A DNA stretch of 64,000 bases from Octopus vulgaris. Its lineage: Eukaryota. The number at the start of each line of letters is the position of its first letter. Position 1 is the first letter of the stretch. Under the pieces are notes generated by a model that was not told the DNA's origin, did not search any database, and saw nothing but the letters and a program-made list of their open reading frames with translations. The stretch covers positions 61,132,001 to 61,196,000 of the forward strand of contig OX597832.1 in the NCBI GenBank assembly GCA_951406725.2, written 5' to 3'. This document shows positions 26,806 to 41,929 of the stretch, piece by piece. The translations under genes were made by a program, and so were the position numbers.

Positions 26806-27418
26806 ACATACATATATATATATATGTATACAGAGAGCGAGAGAGATAGGTAGATATAGATAGATAGATAGATAGATGTGTGTGTGTATGTGTGTGTCTG
26901 TGTGTGTGTTTTGTGTACATCACTTTCCCTTCGTCACTCATCCCTACACAACACACGTGCATTCCACATCACACACACCATATTCTCGCAATACGCGCGC
27001 ACATTCTTCCCCCGTACACTCAGACAATTCACAAGACTTCGGCTCTGACAGATTACCTAGCAACATTTGTTCTGTCTTACTATGTACACAATTGCAGAAA
27101 GACTTGTCGCCTACGTTTCCCAACGTCACGTGATCAGATATGTCTCTATGATTTATCTGATATGTCATAATTGTTTTGATATCCAATTACCTTCTTTCAT
27201 ACATGCATTTTATCGAATGGCTAATGCAATATTTGTTAGCATATATCATCATGGTTTCTAATGGACATATATATATATACTGGTGTGTGAGGTTAGATTT
27301 TTGGGTTGTTTTTTTGTTTGTTTGTTTGTTTTTGTTCTTTCTAGCTTTCGCCTTTCTCTTTCCCGCTTTCTTTTCTCTTTCATGTGTGCATAAGAGATTC
27401 GTGAACATGTAAGATATA

Positions 27419-27467
<49 letters not shown>

Positions 27468-27555
27468 ATATGTGTCTGCATAATATATACTATGCACATA
27501 TAAAATTGTGCAGATATAAACTCATGTGCGCACAAATGTATGCACACACACACAC

Positions 27556-27645
<90 letters not shown>

Positions 27646-27734
27646 TTGTTTGTGTGTGTGTGAGAGTGTGTGTGTGTGTGTATTTATATGCGCGCACATA
27701 TGTATACAAACGTGTTTATATATTTATATATATG

Positions 27735-27794
<60 letters not shown>

Positions 27795-28059
27795 CGTGCA
27801 TACGTGTACATACACACACATATATACACACATATGTATGCTTACCAATTAAGACATAACGCGCGCGTGCGCACACACAGAGAAGTAGATGGGAACCGTT
27901 TACTTATGTCACTGCTGTGATTCGCGGTTGTTCGACTGTTTGTTCTGTGAGATGAATGATGGTTACAACAAATTTTATTAACTAAATCGATTAATGACGT
28001 CATTCAATGATGTCATATACGAAAATAACAAAAAAAAAAATTCCTTGCTGTTGATGATG

Positions 28060-28113
<54 letters not shown>

Positions 28114-28394
28114 TCTTTTTTATTGGCCACAAGGGCTGACACGCATGATTACAAAAAGGGACAAGACAGGACGAAAGGTTACAAAGGGTTTTGCCGTTTT
28201 TGAAAAAACATCGAGTAAAAACTTTATAACAATAATTATAAAACAATGAAAAACTCCCAAAAGGGGGAGACGTTTCGAAAGGTTCCTGGTGGAAAACCCT
28301 ACAAAAGCCAACGGGAGCCTGGTCAAAAAAGGGGTGTAGAGAGTCCCTTTTTTCTCCTTTTACATTACCTTTTTGAAATTACAGGCGAAACCTG

Positions 28395-28453
<59 letters not shown>

Positions 28454-28899
28454 TAATAATGATAAGGATTTCTGACGTCAAAATTTTAAAATTATGTAAT
28501 ATTTATATATTTATTAAAATTTATAAATTAATTAATTAAATGATATTTGTTTTCCTGTGATAAATTTCTAAAATCAAACAAAGCGAAGAGAACTACTTTT
28601 AAGGGAGTGAATAACTTAAACTGGGTAACTGCAAGTGAGAGATTTCAATCCCTGGATTCATATGGTTTTTAATAGCTATCTGTATATCTAACTTAACGTG
28701 GATATACTGTAGAAAGCCGCCAAACTTCCGTATTCGTTTTGAGAAAGCATCTGGTATAGATATGTAGTACTAAAAAGCTCACAAGTTTTTGAGTAGCAGA
28801 CGAAAAGCATCTAGAAGCGGTTTATTACTTTCTGGTTCTATATAGTTTTGATAATGTAGCATAGTACACCGCAACCTTTTTTCACTGATGGTACACTTA

Positions 28900-30734
<1,835 letters not shown>

Positions 30735-30919
30735 TTAACAAAAAATTACTGTTAGCGAATTGGTTACTTGTTTCTTTGGAATTAATGAGAACCCAATACG
30801 TTTCGAAAATCAATTGAGCTTGTTCATCAATGTTTTCAGTCTGCGGAAAAATAGTTAAATCCCCATGTTCGTGTGTCATTAGTTTACGCGCGCACGCTTA
30901 CAGAGCATCATATATACTC

Positions 30920-31131
30920 CTTTCTAGTATAGGCACAAGGCCTGAAATGTGAGGGAGAGGGAAAGTCGATTACATCGACACCAATGCGTGACTAGTATTT
31001 AATTTATCGAGCCCGAAGGGATGAAAGGCAAAGTCGATGTCAGTAGAATTTGAACTCAGAACGTAGCAACGGGCGAAATACCGCTAAGTATTTTGTCCAG
31101 CGAGCTAACGATTCTGCCAGCTCGCCGTCTT
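30920..31131 (-). mobile_element. SINE family A variant with a short tail
   Basis: Family A head and central domain. Confidence 0.8.
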
Positions 31132-31171
31132 AGAGCAACGTATATACTGTACGCGCGCGCGCACACACGCG

Positions 31172-31212
<41 letters not shown>

Positions 31213-31453
31213 GTGATAGTATGTATTAAGGTGTTCCAGTTGATCCGATCAACAGAACAGCTTGCACGTGAAATTAACGTGCAAGTGGCTCAACACTCCA
31301 CAGACACACATGTACCCTTAATGTAGTTCTCAGGCAGATTTAGCGTGACAAAGCTGGCCTTTTGAAATACAGGTACTACTCATTTTCACCACCTGTGTGG
31401 ACTGCAGCAACGTGTATGTACATATATTTCTGTGGCTACCTGTCTGTCAGTCA

Positions 31454-31503
<50 letters not shown>

Positions 31504-31559
31504 GTTGGACTACTGAATTCAACACGTTTTTTTGTCTCTCTGTTTATGTCCTCTTATTC

Positions 31560-31595
31560 CTTTCTGTCAAAGAGCTTAAGCTTGAAACATAAAAG
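31560..31595 (+). ncRNA. Decayed minimal hammerhead-like motif
   Basis: CUUU-CUGUCAA-A-GAGC-UUAA-GCUU-GAAAC-AUA-AAAG keeps the HHR geometry but the core is mutated. Confidence 0.4.
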
Positions 31596-31670
31596 ACTCT
31601 ACCATTTTTCCCGAGCATCAAACTAATGCACTTGCTTGTTGTTCGTCTTTGTTTTTCTATAGATTTGAAC

Positions 31671-31701
<31 letters not shown>

Positions 31702-31722
31702 GTGTATGTATAAATATATACT

Positions 31723-31782
<60 letters not shown>

Positions 31783-31834
31783 TTTATATATATACATACA
31801 TATATATATTCGTTGCTAAACCCTTAATTGCTTA

Positions 31835-31884
<50 letters not shown>

Positions 31885-32064
31885 GGAAGTTTACGAAAAT
31901 AAACAAAAGACGAAGGCAGGTGGTGTACAAACAAACGGCGTTGCCCCAGCATGGCCACAGCTCGTGAGCTGAAACTAGATGAAATGAAATGAAAAGTATA
32001 TATATAATGGAGAAATTGTACATTCTTTCTATGTTTTTAATAATGTTTTATATATATACATATG

Positions 32065-32616
32065 CTAGCATTATGACCCGTCGTTGCCGGGTCATAGTGC
32101 TAGTGCATGTATATATGTGTATATATATGTGTACATATTACATGTACAATTTTTCATTATCCATCTGGACTATTCCATTTCTGCATGCTAATTTTATTTT
32201 TAATTTATACCCATTCATGTGAAACCACTTATTCAAGTTCAAGTCATTGATGCAATTTTATACCAATTGCTATTTTTACTTTTGTTATGTTCTGATTATA
32301 TTATACTTTAGTTTGATTTTAATCATTACTTACTACATATAATTCAATTGTTATTATTATTTTTATTGTTAAGTTGAAAGTATCTGACATAAAATAGAGA
32401 AACGTTTTTGTTTCACTTTTAACACGTAATACTGAAATAGTGGAGAAGATATAATATTGCTATGGGCTCGCTCTAGGCAAGAAGTTGAACATTTGACACT
32501 CCCCGGACCCTAAGTAAAGCATGTGAAAAATTTGAATGGATTTGGTTGTGTAGTTCTCAAGTTTTAGGGAAACACGCAGACAGACACACACACATTCTCA
32601 GTTTTATATATATAGA
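32065..32616 (-). mobile_element. Non-autonomous Helitron-like element
   Basis: Minus strand starts TCTATATATATAAAA, has an internal TG/TCTG microsatellite, and ends with hairpin TATGACCCG...CGGGTCATA then CTAG. Confidence 0.65.
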
Positions 32617-33289
32617 GAGATATATAAATATAGACACACACACGCACACACACATGCACACACACATATATATGCACACACACATATACATGCACACATA
32701 CATACATACATACATACATACATACATACATGCATACATATCTATATATGCATACACACATACATACATATCTTTATATGTCGCTCTTCGCAAACCAACT
32801 TTTACCCATCCTCTGTAAATTTTCAAACTAACATTGGTAATAAATATAAGAGACTGCTAGAAACTTACAGCCTCTGCCAACTCTCGATAAAATGAATATC
32901 CGAAGAAACAGACGCCCAATTTAAAATCCAGAATATCACATCGCATCTTTTCATTTTGCATCATATTTAGTCATCAGAAAGGAGCCATCTTGTCTAAAAT
33001 GTGAGTCGGCGGTGAGAGAATAAAAGCTGTTATGGAGAAATTCGGTCTGGATTTAAGTATCTTGCTGTGTGTCAGCCGTTTTAATTAGACGCCACTCTCG
33101 CAAGACTCTGGCCGGATTTGACCAGTGTTAATTTGAATTTTAGCATTTGACCTCGGGTTTTATTGATTTCTCTTGGATAACTCCAATCTCCACCATGAGC
33201 AGAATTACTCGAGTCAAATTTACGTAAGAGGCCTTATTGATTAATATTAACGGCAACGAATATTATGTCTCTGGGGAACATGCCAACCA

Positions 33290-34040
33290 ACGAGCTGTGA
33301 CGTGTTTGCGCTCGACCTGGTAGAAATAGCAGCAAAATTTTTCATCAAATCACCCTGTGCCTTCTTAGAAAATGGTCCTAATTTTTTCCTACGCAAATGA
33401 AAAATGAGACGTGGTGGTCACGGTTTGCAATGCATTTGATCATAAGGCTGATTGATCGGGGTTAAAAGAAAAGTAACGCGTGAGAAACCAATGAAGGAGC
33501 TTCTATGTTATCGCTCGAATAGCTAGAAATAGCAGCAAGTTTCCCTCAAATCACACCGCACTCTCTTAGAAAATGACATGCTGGATAATATAGTTCTAAG
33601 TTTCTCTGCCCACGATGAGGGAGAACTTTATGTGGTTGCTCGATCTACTAGAAATCGCAGCCAGCTTTTCCGACTTATCACCTTACCGTCATTAAAAGGG
33701 AAAGGCACCGGAATAACGTTGTTCTGGATAATCTCTGAATCAGACGGGATGGTTATAAGTGGAATATCTTGACATGGGTCGGATCTATCTAGACTGACCT
33801 TATAACAACAACAGCAACAATGACAATAACATCTTGTTCTCACGGGTTAATATGGGAGCCTTGTACGCAGTTGCTTGATAGCTAGAAACAACAGCAAAAT
33901 TTCCTTCACATCATATCCTACTGAATGATATAAGATTCTTCGTGTTAGGAGTAAACTATATCTGAAAAACATATAGCTAAGGTTAGGATGCTTTTAATTA
34001 TCGATCTGCCCAGTCTGAGCTAACCTAGGGTTAAATAACA
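33290..34040 (+). repeat. Cluster of ~4 degenerate copies of the old CTAGAAATAGCAGCCAAAT repeat
   Basis: Core near 33315, 33520, 33645 and 33880 with a shared downstream block. Confidence 0.65.
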
Positions 34041-35277
34041 GCTTCAAATTTGACACAAGACCAACAATTTTTAGAGGAGAATCTTAGTCGATTTACTCGA
34101 CCTCCGTGCTGCTCATCGAGTCCGAAAGAATGACCGGCAAAGTCGACTTCAGTTGAATCTGAACCGAGAACGTAAAGCACCGGAAAAAATGCCGCTAAAC
34201 ATTTTGTCCGACTTCGCTACCAGTATGTCCCTTTTATGACACTAGTTATTCCCCTTCCTCAGAACTCTTCTCTATAATTACGTCTCCGCCCACGTTCTGT
34301 CGCTTGTCACTACGCACTAACCGCATTATACAAAGTGAACATTAACCAAATAACCTTCAGCTAAGTTATCTGTATTTCAAAAGAAAGGGGCTTTAAAGAA
34401 TTATGATCGCTGTCGCCCCACCCTTTCTCTGTCTAGCAATTAAAAACAAAAGAATGAAAAAATATATGTATAGATATTTTCTGATTGATATTGATTACAA
34501 AATTTCTCATAGGTCTCTCTCTCTTTTAAATTGATATGCACTATACTGGAATTAAAATACAAATAAAGTTTGAAATTCTTTCCCCGCCGTATACCAACAG
34601 CAAGAACAGAATTGCTTTAGATGAATAGATAAAGAATCGAAGGTTATCGATGAGAGAAAACCTACAAATCCTCTCCAATACTAGAAAAAAAAAAGCAAAA
34701 AAAAAAAAAAAAAGTGTATGAAATTAATCGATAGCCATCGTGTAACGGAGTGTGTCGACTTCGCTAGCTGAGCAATTAAAGAAATAAATACGGCGGTTTT
34801 GTCATTTGCCTTGTGCAAAGGTTTCAAATGACAAGACTGGCTTAGCAGAAGTTGATCAAAGATGATCAAAGGGCGTTTTATGATGACTAACCGTTTGTTA
34901 ATTAACTAGTGGTTCCTACCAAACTACCACTATACTACTACTGCTACTACTACTTTTTAACCATGGCGTACTGGATACGCTAATTAATTTGCTGTTTATG
35001 TAGTTGAAAGGAGAGTTTAGTTATAATTTTTCTTTTTATTGTGTTAAAATGTGAACAATCGTATCGACATAACACTTATTTTCTCAGACATAACTATCCA
35101 ATATTCCACTACGAGATCTCTCAGTAGAAATGCTATGAGTCCAGAGTTTTGTCTGGTTCTTGTACCAAGAAATCGTACTTAAGCAATGCGGCACTACAGT
35201 CACGTCATATTTCGCAACCATAAACTTTAAAGTAAGCACAACAAACAACAAAGCGATGAACTGGTTAGCACCAAATA

Positions 35278-35312
<35 letters not shown>

Positions 35313-35904
35313 CTACTTCCACATCGTTTCTTCAAAGACACACACAGTAGCACTTATTTGTGATCAAATAAGAGCTGAAGAACCCTTAGATCGAAAAGCC
35401 TGGGTAATTTATTCATTCATCCATTCCGTCCTTACTCAGCAGAGTAGAAGAGCAGTAAAATTATCTTTGATACATTTTAAAACAAATAATTTAGATGTAA
35501 AGGAATCTGGGAGAGGTTGTAAGAGACCCGCCTATCTCATTAAGTGAAATAGACAGAGTAGAAATGCGAAATCATCTTTTCATATGACACATGCTCAAAG
35601 CGCATCAAAAAGAAGCAATTATGGACTGGGGACTTTTTGTTTGAAAAACTTACAGATCAAAAATTCACTTCTGAAGTGAATTGATAAAAAGATATATATT
35701 TCCAGAAGAGTGACGGATTTTGCAAACAACATTTATGGTTGATCTGTTGAAGAAGTTGAAACTAACTTGGCCATCGGCCGTGGCGTGAATCCAACACTTA
35801 GCAGCGGTTTTCTACTAGCTTTTTCTTTTTTGTACAACTTTAACTATTTGTCTTCTTCGCCAATGTTGATATGTTGATCTGAATCACCACGTATCTTTAA
35901 ATAA

Positions 35905-36014
35905 AGACTCTTTCTCTCTCTCTCGCTCGCTCTCTCTCTCTCGCTCGCTCTCTCTCTCTCCCTCTCTCTTCTATATATGTATATATCTATGTATGAATGC
36001 ATGTATATGTTTGT

Positions 36015-36067
<53 letters not shown>

Positions 36068-36411
36068 TAAAAGCACATATCCATAAATTTGTATACATGT
36101 ATATACACACACATATATATATATGTATATATGTGTGTGTGTATATATATATGCACACACACACACACACATATATATATATGTATACAAATACATGGAT
36201 GTGTGCTTTCATATATATATGTGTATGTGTGTGCATATATGTATATATACATATATATATATACATGTATATATATGTATATATATATGTATATATATAT
36301 GTGTGTGTGTATATATATATATATACATCGATTTATATATACATATACATACATACACACGTACACATACATATGTATTTGTATATATATATGTATAAGT
36401 ATATATATATA

Positions 36412-36477
<66 letters not shown>

Positions 36478-36610
36478 TATATATACATATATATATATAC
36501 ATACACACGTACATATACATATGTATTGTGTGTCTGTGCATGTGTGTATATATATATATATACATATACATACACACGTACACATACGCATACACGCTCA
36601 TACAGAGGCA
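35905..36610. repeat. Compound CT/TA/CA microsatellite
   Basis: Direct reading. Confidence 0.95.
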
Positions 36611-37759
36611 CACAAATATCCTATCTAACTATACGTATCTCTACGTTGTCTGTCTCTCTGTCTCTCTGTCTGTGTAACCTTGAACGGCGGCTCTCGTATT
36701 TTTCTCTTCTTTTATCTTTTTCGCTGTCGATGTTGGTATTTAAGGGTGGTCTTGTTCGCGACAACAACCTCTGATGTGTAATTTACCTGGAACTCTTCCA
36801 GTCGAGTAAAACCATAGTCCACGATCAATTCCTGTGAAGCAACAACAATCTTGCTTGTTATGAAAGCAAAATGTTGTTGTTGCTGTTGTTGTTGTCGTTG
36901 TTGTTGTTGTTGGTGGTGGTGGTGGTGGTGTTGGTGGTGGTGGTGGTGGAGTTGGCGGTGGTGGTCGGTGAAACTAAAACCTTTTCTGTTATTCCGGTTT
37001 GTCATTCACAGTATTTACATGTTATAAGCTTTTACAAACATTAGAATCTTTTGACAATTCTACCGAACAGAAGCTATGGATCTGTTAAGTGTAAACTACG
37101 TGGTCGTGCTTCACGTTGTAGATCCTCCTCTCTACCCGATCAGTTTAGTCTCAAACAGTCGGCTTTGGCTTCCTTCCAAACCATTTCAAGATTGACCAAA
37201 CCGCCGCTCGCACTCATCTTCCTTTCTCCCCCCCTCTCTCTCTCTCTTGATGTCACCGCTGCAATAAATTGCACAGATGTTTAATGCATCTGTTGTTGCT
37301 TGGTTCTGCATTTCGCCTTCTTTAACTTGTTGTTATTGTTCGTTATTATATTTGTTATTGTTGTGGTGTTGTAGTTGTTGTTGTTTTTGTATAAGCCGTT
37401 TCACGTAATTTGACTGAAATAAAATATTGTTTCTTGAAATCCAGTTTTAACATCTTTTTAATACCCTATGCACGTGCGCGCGATTCTTTCAGTGTAGGAT
37501 GGATATATCTTCTACCTTTTACTTGTTTCACTCATTGGATTGCAGCCATTCTGGGACACCGCCTTGGACGGCTTAGTCTAGCGTTTCTCAACCACCTTTT
37601 ATCTGTGGACCATTTTGATTCTTATTTTGCTCCTGTGGACCCTTATAGCCGTTCGTTGTTTTAGAAATCTTGTATTTTCATTATTAAATATTATTAGCAT
37701 TTTATTTTTATTATTTCCTTTTTTTTTTTTTGTTTCAGTCATTTGACTGCGGCCTTGGT

Positions 37760-38078
37760 TTTGGGTTCGTTCAGTCCCACTGCGTGGCACCTTGGGCAAG
37801 TGTCTTCTGCTATAACCTCGGGCCAACCAAAGCCATATGAGTGGATTTTGTAGACGGAAACTGTAAGAAGCCCGTCATATATATGTGTGTGTGTGTGTTT
37901 GTCCCCCATTATCGCTTGACAACCGATGTTGGTGTGTCTACGTCCCCGTAACTTAGCAGTTCGGCAAAAGAGACCGATATAATAAGTGCTAAGCTTACAA
38001 AGACAAAGTTCTGGGATTGATGTGTTAGACTAAAGGCGGTGCTCCAGCATGGCCGTAGTCAAATAACTGAAACAAGGA
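37760..38078 (+). mobile_element. SINE family B
   Basis: Matches 13783-14188; preceded by an inverted tail piece at 37730-37755. Confidence 0.85.
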
Positions 38079-38242
38079 AGAGAATATACTTGTTCCACGT
38101 CCTCGCGTTGTTGTGTTTTCTCTTTGTGTTTTCATGTTTAGATTAACTTTATATATATATATATAAATATACTTTGTATATATATATATATATATATATA
38201 TAAATATACTTTGTATATATATATATATATATAAATATACTT

Positions 38243-38278
<36 letters not shown>

Positions 38279-38378
38279 GGTTAGTTGAAATATACATACA
38301 TACATACATACATACATATAAATATATACATATATATGTATGTATATGTGTGTGTGTGTGTGTGTATGTATACATATA

Positions 38379-38586
38379 CGAGGGGAAGCTGAAAAGTTCC
38401 TGGAATCGCAAAAGGCCATTCTGGAGTCCTAACCTTCCCAGTTCTTTTACAGAGCTTAGGGAAACTGAAGGACCATTGCAATAAGTGTGTGAATCTGAGA
38501 AGGGAATATGTTGAATGAAATTATAATTAACTGATCCTCTTGTATTTTCTTTTACCCAAAACCAAGGTCTTTTCGGCAGCCCCTCA
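38379..38586 (+). mobile_element. Mariner-derived MITE
   Basis: TIRs CGAGGGGAAGCTGAAAAGTTCCTGG and CCAAGGTCTTTTCGGCAGCCCCTCA; retains the mariner C-terminus [20 protein letters not shown]. Confidence 0.8.
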
Positions 38587-38669
38587 TGTGTGTATGTGTT
38601 TGTGCGCGCGTGTGCTTGTGTGTGTGTATGTGTGTATGTGTGTGTGTGTACATATATGTACACACCACT

Positions 38670-39300
38670 TGATGTGTTTCATGTCTTCTCTCTAGTGGAT
38701 GGAATCTTAACCCTTTTTAGCTCCCCCAAACGCCCATCTGTTTGTTGCACCGAGGCAATCTTCTTGATGTTGCGGCGTTGATTGCCTCGAGTTTGACACT
38801 TTACGGTGACCATAATTGTCAGCAGCAATCCAGGGGAATGGGAACGAACGTTCTCCATGTTCTCCATAGGAGCAACAGGATTTCCTCCTATTCCGTGTTC
38901 TCATACATCTCGGAGTGCAACCAGTCACTCACCTGCACATTGTTGCCATCTTTGTAATTCGCGCATGGTATTATGCATTCCTATTTATTCGCATTCCCAG
39001 ATCACGCTCCGACTCTGACTCCGGTGCTGCAATTCACCCTCGTCATCTGAATTCTGATTATAGTTTGTCTGTATGAAAGTGCTTAAAATTTGTTAGCATT
39101 GAACTGCATGTTGTTTTATTCAGGCCTCTTGCATATCGCTTCTAGTTCTTTCTGTACTTTTGCGATGTCATCAGGCTCCTTGACCGCTTGTAATACTTTT
39201 GTGTCACCAGTGATAGTAGCTGACTGTATGACTGATGCCATATCTGAGAGAGCCACCACGAACAGTTGTGGTCCGAAGCCAATTCCCCGAGAAATATATC
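38670..39300 (-). pseudogene. CR1/L2-like LINE reverse-transcriptase C-terminal fragment
   Basis: Minus strand GDTKVLQAVKEPDDIAKVQKELEAICKRPE*NNMQFNANKF, later LDYCC*QLWSP and KKIASVQQ. Confidence 0.8.
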
Positions 39301-39495
39301 ACTTAGTATTGATGTTTTTACTTTGGTTGGCCCAGGGCTATAGTAGAAAATATTTGCTCAAGGTGTCACGCAGCGGGACTGAACACGGAACCATGTTGCT
39401 GGGAACTAAGCTTCTCACCACACAGTCATACATGTGTATATATGTGCAATATATGTTTAAAATTGCGTCTTATCAAACAATATTTGAAGGATTCA

Positions 39496-39618
39496 AGGCA
39501 GCGAGCTGACAGAAACGTTAACACACCGGGCGAAATGCTTAGCGCTATTTCGTCTTTCTTTATGTTCTGAGTTCAAATTCCGCCGAGGTCGACTTTGCTT
39601 TTTATCCTTTCGGGGTGA
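39496..39618 (+). mobile_element. SINE family A, 3'-truncated
   Basis: Head plus central domain. Confidence 0.85.
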
Positions 39619-39695
39619 CTTGTGACTTGACAGATGACTAAAGACTCCGGTGCATTTTTAGCTACACTGCCTTACGAAGGAGGGGGAATAATAAC

Positions 39696-39739
<44 letters not shown>

Positions 39740-40858
39740 GAAGAAGAATGATGATGATGATATATCAGATACACTAACAAAAGATTCTTCCACATAGCTT
39801 CGGCTAAACCTCTCACTGAAAAAAAGAATAAAAAAAGCAGGACCAAAAAAAACTAACAAGTAAACAATGACAACAAAAACAAAAGAAACGACGAACAACT
39901 TCAACAACAACAACAAAAAAAACCCAACCCCGTCCCACCAAAACCTTTACGTAATCCCGTGTATCAGACGATATCGCTTTTTATCGCTGTATCGGCGAAA
40001 TTAGATCCGAAGCTTGGTAGATCTGGAGGCGTAACAACGCTGCTCGCATAATGCAAGGTGGACTTCCTGAGCGAATACGAACGAATTTGGCCGCGAGGCA
40101 GCGCAGCCGTTTGTTTTATTTAGATTTGCGCAGCATCAAATATTGTACATGTAGACCATAATAATACTGAGAGATTCCGAGGCAGTCATGTATCATCCAT
40201 GTATGGTGTGAATGCGCTGGTGTGTGCGTGCTTCTATTCGCTCGTGTAAATATTTAGAGGTATATACATTCACACACTAATGTATACACACTCACAACAC
40301 ACATACGCATGCGCGCACGTATATATATACACACACGCGCGCACATACACACATGTATGGGGAGAGAAATATATTTTAATATACATGCATCATGCATGTG
40401 TTCAAACTGTATGAATGAATTGATTGCTAATCTGTTCATGTGTATGCATAGATGCCATACGTACAGTGATGCATACATGCATATATACATATATATAATA
40501 CATATATATATATACATAATACATAAATAATATAATACATATATATATAAAATACATATATATATAATACATATATATATATATATATACATATATACAT
40601 ATATGCATACATACATATATACATACATATATACTTACAAACGTATGTATATATGTATGTACATATATGTACGTATATACGTACATATATACATATATGC
40701 ATACATACGTATATACATACATATATACATACATATACACATACAAACGTATATACATACATATATACATACATACATGCATACATGCCTACATAACTGC
40801 ATATGTACATACAGCTCTCTCTCACACACGCTCATGTTTATGTATGTATATATACATG

Positions 40859-40893
<35 letters not shown>

Positions 40894-41157
40894 GTAACAT
40901 GAATGCGTGTGCATGTTTCTGCAATGTTTGTGCATGGGTATGTTTCTATTTCCAGATACAAAAGGGGACACTTCCAAGAAGACAGGCACATAACGGTGGA
41001 TAAAAATATTACTTCTCATCAATCTGTGTCTGTCTCTCTTTATATCTGTCTATTTATCCACACACTTATTTTTCGGTTGTAAATTCTACAAATTATTTAA
41101 GGGCCGAGATCTTCCTGCATTGCACTTATATACCAAGTTATATGTATATATATATAT

Positions 41158-41450
41158 CACGTGACCGACCAGTCCATCAGATGTAGTTACACATCGCTGG
41201 TCACAATGCGTTCGCATTGTTTTAGCCTTCGAATGACGCCACCCCGCTGGCTAAGCGAGCAGGCCAACAGAAGAAAGAGTGGGAGAAAGAGTGGTGAAAG
41301 AGTACAGCAGGGATCACCACCTCCTGCCGGAGCCTCGTGGAACTTTTAGGTGTTTTCGCTCAATAAACACTCACAACGCCCGGTCTGGGAATCGAAACCG
41401 CGATCCTACGACCGCGAATCCGCTGCCCTAACCACTAGGCCATTGCGCCT

Positions 41451-41453
<3 letters not shown>
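41158..41453 (-). mobile_element. SINE with a family C head and body but a different 3' tail
   Basis: 41270-41453 matches family C; 41158-41270 does not match the tail of 6985-7180. Confidence 0.8.
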
Positions 41454-41500
<47 letters not shown>

Positions 41501-41558
41501 TATATGTTTCAGCCTTGAAGCTGCAGCTATGCTGGGGCGTCGCCAGTTAAAAGATATG

Positions 41559-41643
41559 TTCCTCAGGTGAAGATCGAACTCACGACCTTCAGATTTCGCT
41601 TTTGATTATGAGACTGATGCGCTGCCTACTGCGCTACCGAGGG
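41559..41643 (-). tRNA. tRNA-Met-CAT: Elongator tRNA-Met(CAT) gene or pseudogene with a 12-nt intron (41595-41606)
   Basis: CCCTCGG-TAGCGCAGTAGGCAGCGCA-TCAGT-CTCATA[ATCAAAAGCGAA]A-TCTGA-AGGTC-GTGAGTTCGATCTTCAC-CTGAGGA-A, then TTTT. A C1:A72 mismatch and C61>T suggest it may be defective. Confidence 0.82.
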
Positions 41644-41674
41644 CAACTATACATATATGTTTGTTCATTTACTT

Positions 41675-41791
41675 TTCCCAAGCAAGAACGTTACTGAGCG
41701 TGACGTCGACGTTTCAGCCAGTGAGGCCATCGTCGGACTGGCTGAAGCTTCGAAGTCACTGTCAGTAATATTTATATTCTTGGTTTGGGAA
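41675..41791. ncRNA. Long imperfect hairpin containing a hammerhead-like motif (minus strand, 41705-41739)
   Basis: Nested pairs TTCCCAA/TTGGGAA, CAAGAA/TTCTTG, TTACTGA/TCAGTAA, GTGAC/GTCAC, TTCAGCCAGT/ACTGGCTGAA; minus strand GUC-CGACGA-U-GGCC-UCACU-GGCU-GAAAC-GUC-GAC. Confidence 0.6.
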
Positions 41792-41929
41792 TAACAAAAT
41801 ACGTACTCTCCAAAATTATAGAGTAACCCATCAGATTAATGTAAAACTGTTTCTATTTTACCCAAACATAAATCAAACATTAACACACACACACACACAC
41901 ACACATTTAATCATAGTTTATATGTATAG

